Source: Candidatus Argoarchaeum ethanivorans (lineage in GTDB: Archaea; Halobacteriota; Methanosarcinia; Methanosarcinales; EX4572-44). From it: a stretch of 64,000 nt of DNA. Below the pieces are notes generated by a model. The model ran no database searches and had not been told where the DNA came from. It saw only the letters and a program-made list of their open reading frames with translations. Below, one piece after another: positions 9,637-19,254 of this stretch. Where the stretch lies: positions 3,900 through 67,899 of the forward strand of contig CAJHIS010000002.1 of assembly GCA_905067555.1 (NCBI GenBank). Reading direction: 5' to 3'. A program made the position numbers and the translations under genes. Numbering within the stretch: the stretch's first letter is position 1; each line of letters starts with the position of its first letter.

Positions 9637-10470
9637 ATGATCATATCAATAGCAAGTGGAAAGGGCGGCACAGGAAAGACTACAGTGGCTGTAAATCTTG
9701 CACTGTCGCTCTCGAATGTACAGTTACTGGATTGTGATGTCGAAGAACCAAATGCACACATCTTCCTTAAACCGGAGATAAAAGATGTAAAGTCGGCAGA
9801 CGTGCTTATGCCAGAGGTTAATAACGATTTGTGTGACTACTGTGGTAAATGTGCGTCTGCATGTGAATACAACGCGATCGTTGTGCTGCCAACACAGGTT
9901 ATGGTGTTTCCTGAACTGTGTCACGGCTGTGGTTTATGCAGAATGGTCTGCCCGCGAGATGCAATCAGCGAGATGCCACGTGAGATCGGTGTTATCAAGA
10001 GGGGGAGAAGTGGCAACAACGTGGAACTCGTGTACGGGCTGCTGAATATTGGTGAGGGGATGGCAACACCATTGATAGACCAGGTTAAAGAGCATGCCGA
10101 TCCGGGAAAGACTGTAATTATTGATGCGCCCCCCGGAACAGCGTGCCCGGTGATTGCAGCAGTTTCGGGCAGCGATTACTGTATTCTTGTAACAGAGCCA
10201 ACGCCGTTTGGGTTGTACGACCTGAAACTGATAGTAGAAGTGCTTAAAGTGCTGAAAATTCCTTCTGGCGTGATCGTAAATAAGGCGGGGATCGGGGACA
10301 AGAATGTCTACAACTACTGCGAAGAAGAGGGGATTCCGATCTTGCTTGAGATTCCTTATGATAAGAAGATCGCAGAGTATTATTCGGAAGGCCTGCCGTT
10401 TGTGAATGCAATTCCAGAGTGGAAGACCCGATTTTCCGGAATGATTGATGAAATTGGGAGGGAATTATGA
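9637..10470 (+). CDS. MinD/ParA-superfamily P-loop ATPase with inserted 2x[4Fe-4S] ferredoxin domain (COG1149-type)
   Basis: 277 aa with the deviant Walker A SGKGGTGKTT and Cys clusters CDYCGKCASACEYN and CHGCGLCRMVCP. Confidence 0.85.
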   Translation: MIISIASGKGGTGKTTVAVNLALSLSNVQLLDCDVEEPNAHIFLKPEIKDVKSADVLMPEVNNDLCDYCGKCASACEYNAIVVLPTQVMVFPELCHGCGLCRMVCPRDAISEMPREIGVIKRGRSGNNVELVYGLLNIGEGMATPLIDQVKEHADPGKTVIIDAPPGTACPVIAAVSGSDYCILVTEPTPFGLYDLKLIVEVLKVLKIPSGVIVNKAGIGDKNVYNYCEEEGIPILLEIPYDKKIAEYYSEGLPFVNAIPEWKTRFSGMIDEIGREL

Positions 10471-11339
10471 AGCAGATAACAATCATAAGTGGAAAAGGCG
10501 GCACAGGGAAAACAACACTTGTCGCATCGTTTGCAGCCCTTGCAAAAAACGTTGTTATTGCTGACTGTGATGTGGACGCACCTGATCTCCATTTGCTGCT
10601 GCATCCGGAAAACATAAGAAAAGAGGAGTTCAGAGGCTTAAAAGTTGCAGCAATGGATAAAACAAAATGTATAGAATGCGGGAACTGCGAAGAAGCATGC
10701 AGATTTAAGGCAATATCTGACACCGAATCTGGTTATGCAGTCAACCCGGCGCGCTGCGAGGGCTGTGGCGTATGTGTCTTCGTGTGCGATCAGGATGCGA
10801 TCACTCTTACAGAACGCGTCTCGGGTCATGCATTCATCTCGAAAACGAAATATGGAACAATGGCACATGCACAGTTAAATGTTGCAGAAGAAACATCCGG
10901 AAAACTGGTAACCGTTGTCAGGAACAACGCACAGCGCGTCGCAGAAGAGGAAGAGTCTGAACTTATCCTGATTGATGGATCACCAGGAATCGGCTGCCCG
11001 GTGATTGCATCCCTGACCGGAGTAGACCTTGCACTTGTTGTTACCGAACCAACGATGTCGGGACTGCATGACCTCAAGCGAATCATGGATGTGACCAGGC
11101 ATTTTGGGATTGCAACTGTTGTCTGCATCAACAAGTGTGACATCAATGAAGAGAACAGCAGGAAGATTACTGAGTTCTGCAAGGAGTATGGGGTTGCGAT
11201 TGTTAGAAATATTCCTTATGATCCAGTGGTCACCGATGCGATGGTTGCAGGCATGCCGGTTGTTGAATTCTCCGATTGCGCAGTATCGGACGCAATAAGA
11301 GGGATTTGGACGAGTATAAAGTCAACCACACCTCCCTGA
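10467..11339 (+). CDS. MinD/ParA-superfamily P-loop ATPase with inserted 2x[4Fe-4S] ferredoxin domain (paralog)
   Basis: 290 aa with SGKGGTGKTT, CIECGNCEEACRF and CEGCGVCVFVCD. It overlaps the upstream paralog by 4 nt. Confidence 0.85.
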   Translation: MKQITIISGKGGTGKTTLVASFAALAKNVVIADCDVDAPDLHLLLHPENIRKEEFRGLKVAAMDKTKCIECGNCEEACRFKAISDTESGYAVNPARCEGCGVCVFVCDQDAITLTERVSGHAFISKTKYGTMAHAQLNVAEETSGKLVTVVRNNAQRVAEEEESELILIDGSPGIGCPVIASLTGVDLALVVTEPTMSGLHDLKRIMDVTRHFGIATVVCINKCDINEENSRKITEFCKEYGVAIVRNIPYDPVVTDAMVAGMPVVEFSDCAVSDAIRGIWTSIKSTTPP

Positions 11340-11378
11340 TCACAACTACTCTCGCTATTAACAATGGCACCTCAGCAC

Positions 11379-11428
11379 TGCACAACTTCGCTTTCGCAGA
11401 GATAACTCTCGAGTGCGAAGCAGTCGAG
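11379..11428. repeat. Hairpin-repeat cluster (degenerate type A plus ctcgagtgc-gaa-gcagtcgag)
   Basis: Reads tgcacaacttcgctttcgcagagataact followed by ctcgagtgcgaagcagtcgag. It sits between convergent genes. Confidence 0.7.
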
Positions 11429-11514
11429 TGCAAGAAAATAACGTGTAATGTATTCTCACCATGTATCAAAGTTCAGCAGCAAGAGAACGAGGTGCATTTA
11501 TATTTTCTTATACG

Positions 11515-12174
11515 TTAAAAAAGCAGGAAAATATAACTGGATATAAAATAAAGTCCTGCCAGCACCAGTACAATCCCGGAAACTCTCCTGATAATCAAAC
11601 TGTATTTAATAAACGGTTTTAATGTGAAACGTGAGGTGTATGCAATCACAAGAAGGGGCAGCCCCAGGCCCAGCGAATAGATAACTAAAAGGAAGCCCCC
11701 ATAAAGTATGTCTCCTTCCACTGCTACCATTGTGAGTATCGCACCAAGTATTGGACCGATGCAGGGTGTCCAGACAATACCAAGCGAAAAACCGAGTACG
11801 AAACCCCCAGCCACTCCCCCGACATTGGTCGCAGAAAGTCTCTTGATTACACCAGTTCCTGTGTCTGGCACAAGTGCACGAATTTTTTGTTCTATCACAT
11901 CAAATATCATATATATGCCGAGAAATACAATCAGAATCCCACCGGTAATATAAAGTATAGTTTGATACTGCTGAAATACTGAGCCAAAAGCAGAAGCAAG
12001 CACACCCATCGCAGCAAATGAGATGGAAAGCCCAATAACTATTGTAATTGGTACAAATTTACTCGACTTGGTTGAGTATGCTGCAATCAGCGGAATCACC
12101 GGAAGTACGCAGGGTGATAAAACGCTTAATACACCAAAGAAGAAGGCAATAAATGGCGATGGCGCCGCCATCAT
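11515..12174 (-). CDS. ccdA: CcdA/DsbD-type thiol:disulfide electron-transfer membrane protein (cytochrome c biogenesis family)
   Basis: 219 aa, polytopic, with conserved Cys in TM1 (SPCVLPVIP) and TM4 (WTPCIGP). Confidence 0.8.
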   Translation of the reverse strand: MMAAPSPFIAFFFGVLSVLSPCVLPVIPLIAAYSTKSSKFVPITIVIGLSISFAAMGVLASAFGSVFQQYQTILYITGGILIVFLGIYMIFDVIEQKIRALVPDTGTGVIKRLSATNVGGVAGGFVLGFSLGIVWTPCIGPILGAILTMVAVEGDILYGGFLLVIYSLGLGLPLLVIAYTSRFTLKPFIKYSLIIRRVSGIVLVLAGLYFISSYIFLLF

Positions 12175-12683
12175 TTTTTATATCCCCGCTTAAGCCATAG
12201 CCAGCATATAAAGATCCCTGTTATTGTAGCTATTACGCCAAATCCAGGTGTTTGTGACTGCCCCTGCTTTTGCGATGGATCAGGCAATTTAAGTGCCTGC
12301 TGCATCTCTTTTATCAGAGTATCAGAATCATGATATCCAACCAAGCGGGAAACTTCTTCTCCCTGTAAGTTCGTGAACACAATCGTTGGGATGTATCGAA
12401 TACCGTATTGTCCTGCAAGCTGTTGTGACCCGGCAATTGGAACAAAATTTTTAGACATGTCAATTACCTGTGCATCTGTAAATACCTCCTTCTGCTTTAT
12501 GCACGCTGGACAACTGTCAGATTCAAAAAAAATCATTTCCAATTTGTTTTGAGATTCTGCAATCCGGATACCTTCCTGGTAGGTGTGCCACTCTATCACC
12601 GGCTGTGCACTCGCTACCACGTGGCACATCGTTAGGAGCAGCACTACGAGAATTAGAACAATTTTTCCTTTAATTTTAATCAT
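12171..12683 (-). CDS. Secreted thioredoxin-fold protein with PGF-CTERM archaeosortase sorting signal
   Basis: 170 aa with a signal peptide, a CxxC motif (DSCPACIKQ) and a C-terminal PGFGVIATITGIFICWLWLKRGYKK. It overlaps the ccdA start by 4 nt. Confidence 0.75.
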   Translation of the reverse strand: MIKIKGKIVLILVVLLLTMCHVVASAQPVIEWHTYQEGIRIAESQNKLEMIFFESDSCPACIKQKEVFTDAQVIDMSKNFVPIAGSQQLAGQYGIRYIPTIVFTNLQGEEVSRLVGYHDSDTLIKEMQQALKLPDPSQKQGQSQTPGFGVIATITGIFICWLWLKRGYKK

Positions 12684-12786
12684 CTTTTTGTTTGCATCGT
12701 GATGACAGTATATAAGTACTCGCTTTATCCAGTATCTCCAAAAACCTTCTTCGATTTCTTTAGTTCAGCGGCACCATTCAAGAAAC

Positions 12787-13012
12787 TGCACAACTTGATT
12801 GCTAACGCACTCGATTGCTCCGCAATCGAGAATTAAAGGTTACCGGTATTGTGTTTGCTGCACTCGATTGCTAGCGCAATCGAGAGTTGTTTTCGCACAC
12901 GGAGTGTGCGTTTCTGCACAACGAAGTTGTGCAGTTACTGGTTATTTTCCGCACAACGAAGTTGTGCAGTTACTGGTTATTTTCCGCACAACGAAGTTGT
13001 GTGGTTGTGCAG
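12787..13012. repeat. Large cluster of stacked hairpin repeats, including a 35-bp tandem repeat (about 2.6 copies)
   Basis: Type B hairpins at 12810-12830 and 12863-12884; gcacacggagtgtgc at 12895-12909; type A copies at 12915-12933, 12951-12967 and 12986-13003 with a 35-bp period (tgcacaacgaagttgtgcagttactggttattttc). Confidence 0.9.
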
Positions 13013-14215
13013 CTTCTTAAAAACCTTGAGCTTAAAATCGATTACTGCTGCCATAAAATTAACTGCTGCATCAAAAGGCGAATTGTGAATACTGAAATAA
13101 GAATGAACATCGCCATCAGAAAGCCACTTGGTGCACATATAATAATAGTGATCCGAGGTTTGCAGATACCGCCAGATTTTGATCAACTCACAGTCTCCGG
13201 TCATTTTCACATACGGCTCAAGAAGCTTTATCTCCTCAAAACACCTTCGCTGCATGTCGTTTCCAAGCCATGCACTGGTGTCACGTTCCATATCTGCCCA
13301 TGAGATCGTGGAAAAATCACCAACATCAATCTCACCGTGAGAAGGGTACATGGATACAACCTCTGAAGGCGTGTTAAAGCTTAAACCAGCAGAAAGCACT
13401 TCGTCTGGCAGGTGTCTTAAAAACTCAAATATTCCAGTGTCTGTCCATTGATGCTCTCCGAATGTCTCATAATCCATAAAGATATTAAACGTGTCTCCCT
13501 CGGCCGAAGACACCCAGTGAGCCCATTTATCAGCAGTAAGCGGATACTCGCTCCACCATCGTGCTGAGAAACGATACGCGATATCATCACTCAACCGATA
13601 GTTTCGAAACAATACAGAGAGGTCGGTCTCGGAAGCTGTATACACATAGTTTGGTGAACGATTGCTTAATGCGTGCTCTATGCCTTCAGTCAATATTGCC
13701 TTGTAACCAAGACCTGACACTGCACGAGCAATGGAATTATTATACAATACCTCGGTGTTTCTAAACACCTTTGGAGCATAACGAAACTCATCCTGCATCA
13801 GTGCATTGTGCTCGCGTATTTGCTCTTTAAACTCGTCTTTTGATTCAAACAAACCAGATAGAGAATGATAATAGGTCTCATCAATGAACTCAACACAACC
13901 GGAATCCGCCATCTGCACAAAGGTTTCAAGAAGGTCTTTGTCCCATCGCTGCAACTGGTTAATTAACGTGCCGGTGACAGAATAACTCACCTTAAACTCT
14001 TTGGAGTGTGTATCGATTAACTCCAGAATTAGTTTATTAGCAGGCCAGTAACATTTGGATGAAACCTTTTTGAGTAACGTCTTATTGATGTGGTCGTCAA
14101 AGTATCGGTCAAAAGAAGAGCGGTTATCTGGCCAGAACCACCTGAGGCGATAAGGCTGATGCACCTGAAAATAAAAACAGACAGACCGCAAAAGTTTAGA
14201 CCCGCCTCCGTGCAT
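12977..14215 (-). CDS. Glycoside hydrolase family 57 protein (alpha-amylase-like)
   Basis: GH57 signatures FQVHQPYRL, NTEVL and MDYETFGEH. The likely start is ATG 14215 (MHGGGSK...), because the track ORF start at 14332 lies inside the upstream paralog. The last codons run into the hairpin repeat cluster. Confidence 0.75.
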   Translation of the reverse strand: MHGGGSKLLRSVCFYFQVHQPYRLRWFWPDNRSSFDRYFDDHINKTLLKKVSSKCYWPANKLILELIDTHSKEFKVSYSVTGTLINQLQRWDKDLLETFVQMADSGCVEFIDETYYHSLSGLFESKDEFKEQIREHNALMQDEFRYAPKVFRNTEVLYNNSIARAVSGLGYKAILTEGIEHALSNRSPNYVYTASETDLSVLFRNYRLSDDIAYRFSARWWSEYPLTADKWAHWVSSAEGDTFNIFMDYETFGEHQWTDTGIFEFLRHLPDEVLSAGLSFNTPSEVVSMYPSHGEIDVGDFSTISWADMERDTSAWLGNDMQRRCFEEIKLLEPYVKMTGDCELIKIWRYLQTSDHYYYMCTKWLSDGDVHSYFSIHNSPFDAAVNFMAAVIDFKLKVFKKLHNHTTSLCGK

Positions 14216-15278
14216 AATCCGAAAGAATTGAAAACGCATTGACTGCAGAATCAAATGGATGCTTCTTAGTTGTATCCATCGTAGATAGAATATCCACCTG
14301 CTGCAAATACCCAAAAATATCATCCCGCACAAAATCCATGCTGCTGAGGCGTTTTAGTTCATTGAAGTACACATGCTGCATGTGATTTGAAAGGCAGTGT
14401 TTAAGATCAAAACGAGAAAAATTTATATCTCCCTCGTAGGAAGCTGCTTCAAACGTGGATACTGCGTCAGCAACTGTCAATAACTGAATGCCGTGGAGAG
14501 AGAATTCATCAGAGATATTGGAAAAAAACTCAAGCGAAGAACTTCCTCGCTCTTGCGATCCAAAACTGGCATAATCCATGTAAAGAGTTAGCACGTCTCC
14601 TTTCATCGAATCAATCCACTGCACAAATTTCTTTGCAGTTAATGGATACTCAGACCAGTTCGTATCAGAAAAACGAAACTGGACATCCTCACTCAACCTT
14701 CGATGCCGCAGCAGGAAAGGAATGTTACCATCGTCAAAAACGTAACAGCACTGATCCCCGGGACTGTCACTACCTTCAGACACAGCCGCTGAAAAACCAA
14801 GCTTTAAGAGGCAGCGCGCAATGGTTGCATTATGCACAAGCTCGGTATTAATAAAAGAAGTACTTGTAACGCCAAGGTTTCTTAGAAGGGCACTCTTGTG
14901 CATTTTAACCTGCCGCACAAACTCATCTTCTCTTTCAAAAAGAGAGGAAAGCGAATTATAATAAGGTGACGATGCAAACTCGACACCTGCTCCTTTAAGT
15001 TTTTTAAACGAATCGATCAGTTGTGGATGCCACTTGCACTGATCAAACAGCGTGCCTGATATGTTAAATGTGCAGACAAGCTTCGTATCTCCAACCACCT
15101 TATTGGATTGAATATAACCCCTGCACACCTTCTCAAAAACAGAGTAGTTAAAAGCCTGGTCAAAATAGAGATCAACAGACGCAGCATCCCTGCTGTAGCC
15201 CTCCCGCGGCCAATACCATCTAACCCTAAACGGCTGATGCACCTGAAAACACAGACAGACAGCTTTCATAAAACACAT
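14196..15278 (-). CDS. GH57-family paralog with a diverged region IV
   Basis: 360 aa with FQVHQPFRV and NTELV, but MDYASFGSQ where the paralog has MDYETFGEH. An alternative start is ATG 15269. It overlaps the downstream paralog by about 20 nt. Confidence 0.7.
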   Translation of the reverse strand: MCFMKAVCLCFQVHQPFRVRWYWPREGYSRDAASVDLYFDQAFNYSVFEKVCRGYIQSNKVVGDTKLVCTFNISGTLFDQCKWHPQLIDSFKKLKGAGVEFASSPYYNSLSSLFEREDEFVRQVKMHKSALLRNLGVTSTSFINTELVHNATIARCLLKLGFSAAVSEGSDSPGDQCCYVFDDGNIPFLLRHRRLSEDVQFRFSDTNWSEYPLTAKKFVQWIDSMKGDVLTLYMDYASFGSQERGSSSLEFFSNISDEFSLHGIQLLTVADAVSTFEAASYEGDINFSRFDLKHCLSNHMQHVYFNELKRLSSMDFVRDDIFGYLQQVDILSTMDTTKKHPFDSAVNAFSILSDYARRRV

Positions 15279-15610
15279 CCGGAATTATTTGAAATATTTA
15301 TCGAGACAACCTCGAACCTCGCGCGCGATATCAGGATACGATCTAAACAAGAGTTGATTAATAATCACACCAGTTACAATATCTTTTTTATTAACGCTTC
15401 TCATGGCAACAGGCAGCCCAGTTGAGTGATGAACAGCCATTGTGACAGGCTCTAACTCCTTTGCTGAAGAACCCTTTGAAATCTTTAAACCTTGCGTGAG
15501 ATTACAGCACTATAAGCATTAATAAATGAGCTACATTACTATAAAAAGTTAACCGCGACGGTAATGTTCAGGTAATGTATTTGTCCTGTATTATGTTCAA
15601 TTTCTTATGT

Positions 15611-15638
15611 CAATCTTGTGAACTCTCGTGGTTTTTTT
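15611..15638 (+). repeat. 10-bp-phased CTNGTG motif cluster, site 2 of 4 (caatcttgtg aactctcgtg gttttttt)
   Basis: Same unit as at 4127, 31361 and 49681. It lies about 120 bp upstream of glyS and is followed by a T7 run. Confidence 0.55.
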
Positions 15639-15757
15639 ACATCGGCTCGAAATACATACCTGAAACCAAACATCTGGCAACCATGATTTTCTGTGTTGCG
15701 TAACTGTTAAATTGGTTTCGGTGTTAGTGGGTGTTATTCATGAGGTGCTGTGTATCT

Positions 15758-17467
15758 ATGGATTTATATGATAAAGTGATTGAACTCTCGAAGCGGCGTG
15801 GATTTTTATGGAATTCTTTTGAAATATACGGCGGTGCTGCTGGCTTTTATGACTATGGGCCATACGGAGCTATGCTAAAACGATGCGTTGAAAATATATG
15901 GAGAGATTTTTTTGTGGTACAGGAAGGCTTTTTTGAGATAGAATCGCCAACTATTGGTATTGAAGACATATTTGTAGCATCTGGTCACGTGAGCGGGTTC
16001 TCTGACCCGTTAACAGAATGCCTCAAGTGTGGTGAAGCTTTCAGAGCAGATCACCTGATAAACAACATAGTAAGTGGTGCTGATGGATTATTGAGTGATG
16101 AACTTGAAAGGCTAATCAAACTGCATAACATCAGATGCCCGGAGTGCGGAGGCAATCTCGATAAAGTGTATGATTTTAATTTGATGTTTAATACAAGCAT
16201 TGGGTCTGGAGCAGGACGCAAAGCATATCTTCGGCCAGAAACTGCACAGGGCATGTTCGTTGATTTTCCAAGGCTTCTGCGATTTTATCGTGAAAAGCTC
16301 CCCTTTGGTGCGACACAAATAGGAAAAGCCTATCGAAACGAGATTTCACCGAGACAGGGTGTTCTTCGACTTCGGGAATTCACTCAAGCAGAAGCTGAGA
16401 TTTTTATTGATCCGGTGGATAAAACCCATCCAAGCTTCAAGGAAGTAGCAAAGAAAAAACTCACATTGTACCCTGCGAGCGTGCAGGAAGAAGGGGGCGA
16501 GCCGGTTACTATGCAGCTTGATGAAGCAGTATCAAGCGGTATCATAGCACACGAGTGTATAGCATACTACATCAACCTGACCTGTGAGTTTCTCGTTGCC
16601 TGTGGTATTGACCCGCACCGGTTGCGGTTAAGACAGCATCGCAGTGATGAGATGGCACATTATGCTGCTGACTGCTGGGATGCCGAGGTATACATGGATC
16701 GCTTTGGTTGGGTGGAAGTTGTTGGTATTGCAGATAGAACTGATTATGACCTGAAGGCACACATGAAGCTGAGCAAGGCACAATTGACCGTATTTAAAGA
16801 ATACAAAACAGCTCAAAAAAAGGATGTTGTTAAAATAAAGCCAAATATGGCATACATTGGACCGACATTCAAAAACAAAGCCAGGGAAATAATCAACGCT
16901 CTTCAAAATATTTCTCCGGGAGACATTAAAAACGGTACGGCAACCGTTGATGTCAATGGTGAAGCAATTACTCTCGGGAGTGAGGCATTTTTAATTGAAA
17001 GACGTGTTGAGGAAATACGTGGCGAAAACATAGTTCCTCATGTCATAGAGCCAAGTTTTGGGATTGATCGAATAATTTATGCCATTCTTGAGCACAGCTA
17101 CTTTGAAGAGATGGTAGAAGATGAAAATAGAGTAGTACTCAAGCTTCCAATGAAAATTGCACCAGTAAAGGCTGCCGTTCTTCCACTGTTGACAAGAGAT
17201 GAGCTAATCGAACCTTCAAATAGAATCGTCTCCATGCTTAAGAAAATTGGCATTCAAACTGTATTTGATGATAGTGGAACTATTGGACGCAGATACAGGC
17301 GAAATGATGAGATTGGCACACCTTATGCAATAACCATTGATTACGAGACACTAAAAGATGAAACTGTAACCATAAGAGATAGAGATACGATGAAACAGGT
17401 ACGAGTTCCGATCAATGGAATTGATTTGAAGATTTCTAATGCCCTAACCCAAGTGCCACCACTATGA
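15758..17467 (+). CDS. glyS: Glycine--tRNA ligase (archaeal/eukaryotic-type class II)
   Basis: MDLYDKVIELSKRRGFLWNSFEIYGGAAGFYDYGP... and the class II motifs (YLRPETAQG, FRNEISPR). I chose ATG 15758 over the upstream GTG 15731 given in the track. Confidence 0.9.
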   Translation: MDLYDKVIELSKRRGFLWNSFEIYGGAAGFYDYGPYGAMLKRCVENIWRDFFVVQEGFFEIESPTIGIEDIFVASGHVSGFSDPLTECLKCGEAFRADHLINNIVSGADGLLSDELERLIKLHNIRCPECGGNLDKVYDFNLMFNTSIGSGAGRKAYLRPETAQGMFVDFPRLLRFYREKLPFGATQIGKAYRNEISPRQGVLRLREFTQAEAEIFIDPVDKTHPSFKEVAKKKLTLYPASVQEEGGEPVTMQLDEAVSSGIIAHECIAYYINLTCEFLVACGIDPHRLRLRQHRSDEMAHYAADCWDAEVYMDRFGWVEVVGIADRTDYDLKAHMKLSKAQLTVFKEYKTAQKKDVVKIKPNMAYIGPTFKNKAREIINALQNISPGDIKNGTATVDVNGEAITLGSEAFLIERRVEEIRGENIVPHVIEPSFGIDRIIYAILEHSYFEEMVEDENRVVLKLPMKIAPVKAAVLPLLTRDELIEPSNRIVSMLKKIGIQTVFDDSGTIGRRYRRNDEIGTPYAITIDYETLKDETVTIRDRDTMKQVRVPINGIDLKISNALTQVPPL

Positions 17468-17954
17468 CAACTATGGCTATGCCAAGTCCTACCATTCGTA
17501 TGATATGAGACAATATGTTTTGTCTGGCAAGTCTTCCGGAATATGTGCCAAGTACTACAAGCGTTAGAATACTTAATGTGATTGAGGCTTCGAGCGTATG
17601 TGTTTCCAGTACGAGGAATGGTGCAATTGGAACAAGTGAGCCTGCAAAACTTGAGCCGCCATGTACAAAGGAATCAATCAATATCTTTCTTTTTATTTCT
17701 CGTTCAAGGTGTGTGTTTTCAAGACTGCGAAGCATTGGTTTTGAGAGCATGGCAAGTTTTTGGTACTCAACAGCTCCCTCAGCAAGATATGAGCCTACAC
17801 CATTTGTTAAGGCAAGTGCTACTGCTCCACCGATGGCAGCATTAATTACAAAAGAATTGCTTACTGTGGCAGCCGAAGCGCCAATTACCACCCCGAGTAT
17901 AGCGAGAAGCCCATCTATTGAGCCCAAGATAACATATCGTCCATGGTCAGCCAT
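17436..17954 (-). CDS. VIT1/CCC1-family (DUF125-type) membrane protein, possible Fe/Mn transporter
   Basis: 172 aa with GSIDGLLAILGVVIGASA and a multi-TM profile. Its 3' end overlaps the glyS 3' end by 32 nt (convergent). Confidence 0.6.
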   Translation of the reverse strand: MADHGRYVILGSIDGLLAILGVVIGASAATVSNSFVINAAIGGAVALALTNGVGSYLAEGAVEYQKLAMLSKPMLRSLENTHLEREIKRKILIDSFVHGGSSFAGSLVPIAPFLVLETHTLEASITLSILTLVVLGTYSGRLARQNILSHIIRMVGLGIAIVVIVVALGLGH

Positions 17955-18299
17955 TATAATAAAACAGATCTATCTACAGTTTACCGCAATAAGATATAAA
18001 TCCACCTATACCAAAAAACAGGTGCAAACATTTTAGCATAAGTCTGAACAGCTTGTGGATGAGCTGGACAGGATGCATATTGCGCTTGCGAAGGATAGAG
18101 GGGGTGAACGTGGGCTTTTGGGTTAGTGGTGAAAAAGATGAATTCACCATTAAGCCGGTTAGTCACCTATCTAAACGAAATCGCATCCGAGAGATTGGTA
18201 TTTTGGTGAGGGCTGTGTTGTGGATGGTAGTTTTGGCTATCGATTTTTCGTATATGTTTGGAACTCAAGTTTTTCTATGGCTGATTGAACAACTTTTAT

Positions 18300-19190
18300 C
18301 TATTCACTTTTCATTTTCAAAAATGCCAAATTGCTTTCGCACCTTTCAATTAGACTTTTAAATCCTGAACCCTCCATTTCTTCCATAATATCCTGTGGAA
18401 TTATAATGTATTGCCATTCTCTTGGTTGGACTATCGGCGGGATTGTTTTAATTTTTGAAATATCTCTACATCTTTGCTCAGCAGCAATCGCCTTTCTTTT
18501 TACATCAATATCGTTTTTAGTATCTTTTGCTGATTTGGTTTCAATTATATACATCATGTCTTCAGTTTTGACTAAAAAATCAGGATAATAAGGCACTAAA
18601 TACCCCATCGAATTGATGTAAAGAATTGATAATTTATGAACATATTGATTCAATTTGATATAATAAAATACAGTAGGATCGTTCTCTAAAATATCAACTG
18701 TAAATTTTCGTTCAAGTCCTCCTTTATACGGAAAATCAATAGATGGGTAAAGGCATTTTTTTGTTTCGATGGCACGTTCCATTCTGATTTTTAAATCTTT
18801 AAATTTTGATAGTCGAATCCACTCGGCTTCAATGACATCATATGGTTTACAATTTTGTAGAAAAGTGTTGATAGCTTCTCTTAATTTGTTTGTAATAAAA
18901 TAGACTAATTGTTGGTTTCTTAATTTTTCAACATTTTTTTCATTTGAAAAATCAATTTTTCTTCCAAAAAAATGTCGTGAAACATACTGGTCTATCACCC
19001 CTGCAATCTCTGGCGCATAACGTGATAAGCTCACACGGCTGTCTTTTCTTGAGCATATTAGTTCCTGAACTGTATTTCGGATAAATCCACCATAAGTAAA
19101 ATTTGAATCGAGTAACTCCCATTCTGAACGGAAATGCGTGGTTGGGTGATAGTCGGTTATAAGCGGGCTGTGTCTTTCTGTCGCTTTTTC
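18300..19190 (-). pseudogene. Orphan PD-(D/E)xK nuclease fragment resembling the C-terminal endonuclease domain of type III-restriction/helicase-nuclease proteins
   Basis: A GTG-initiated 244-aa ORF (18300..19034) contains YYPDFLVKTEDMMYIIETKSAKD (PD...E.K). The same frame stays open for 52 more codons upstream (to the TGA at 19191-19193) with no ATG, GTG or TTG. There are no helicase motifs, which suggests a truncated gene. Confidence 0.5.
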
Positions 19191-19254
19191 TCACTGCGGA
19201 ATTGCAGCCGTTCTTCCTGGATGGTGGGTTCGGGGTGTTCAGATGACATTTTAA

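Noticed and set aside
12915-13003. A possible CRISPR array, based on regularly spaced palindromic repeats (also seen at 28786-28853).
   Set aside because: The repeats are directly adjacent, or separated by an identical 16-nt linker, so there are no unique spacers. No cas genes lie nearby. The palindromes belong to the dispersed hairpin-repeat family.
12799-13303. Three overlapping plus-strand ORFs of 73-138 aa in the track (12799, 12849, 12887).
   Set aside because: They are translated from the hairpin-repeat cluster and from the antisense strand of the GH57 gene. Their low-complexity repeated peptides (..NEVVQLLVIFRTTKLC..) are repeat artefacts.
17981-18361. Small ORFs (61 aa and 102 aa) at the left flank of the AT-rich island, examined as possible integrase or att remnants.
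   Set aside because: I found no integrase or recombinase motifs and no direct repeat matching the right flank. They are left unannotated.
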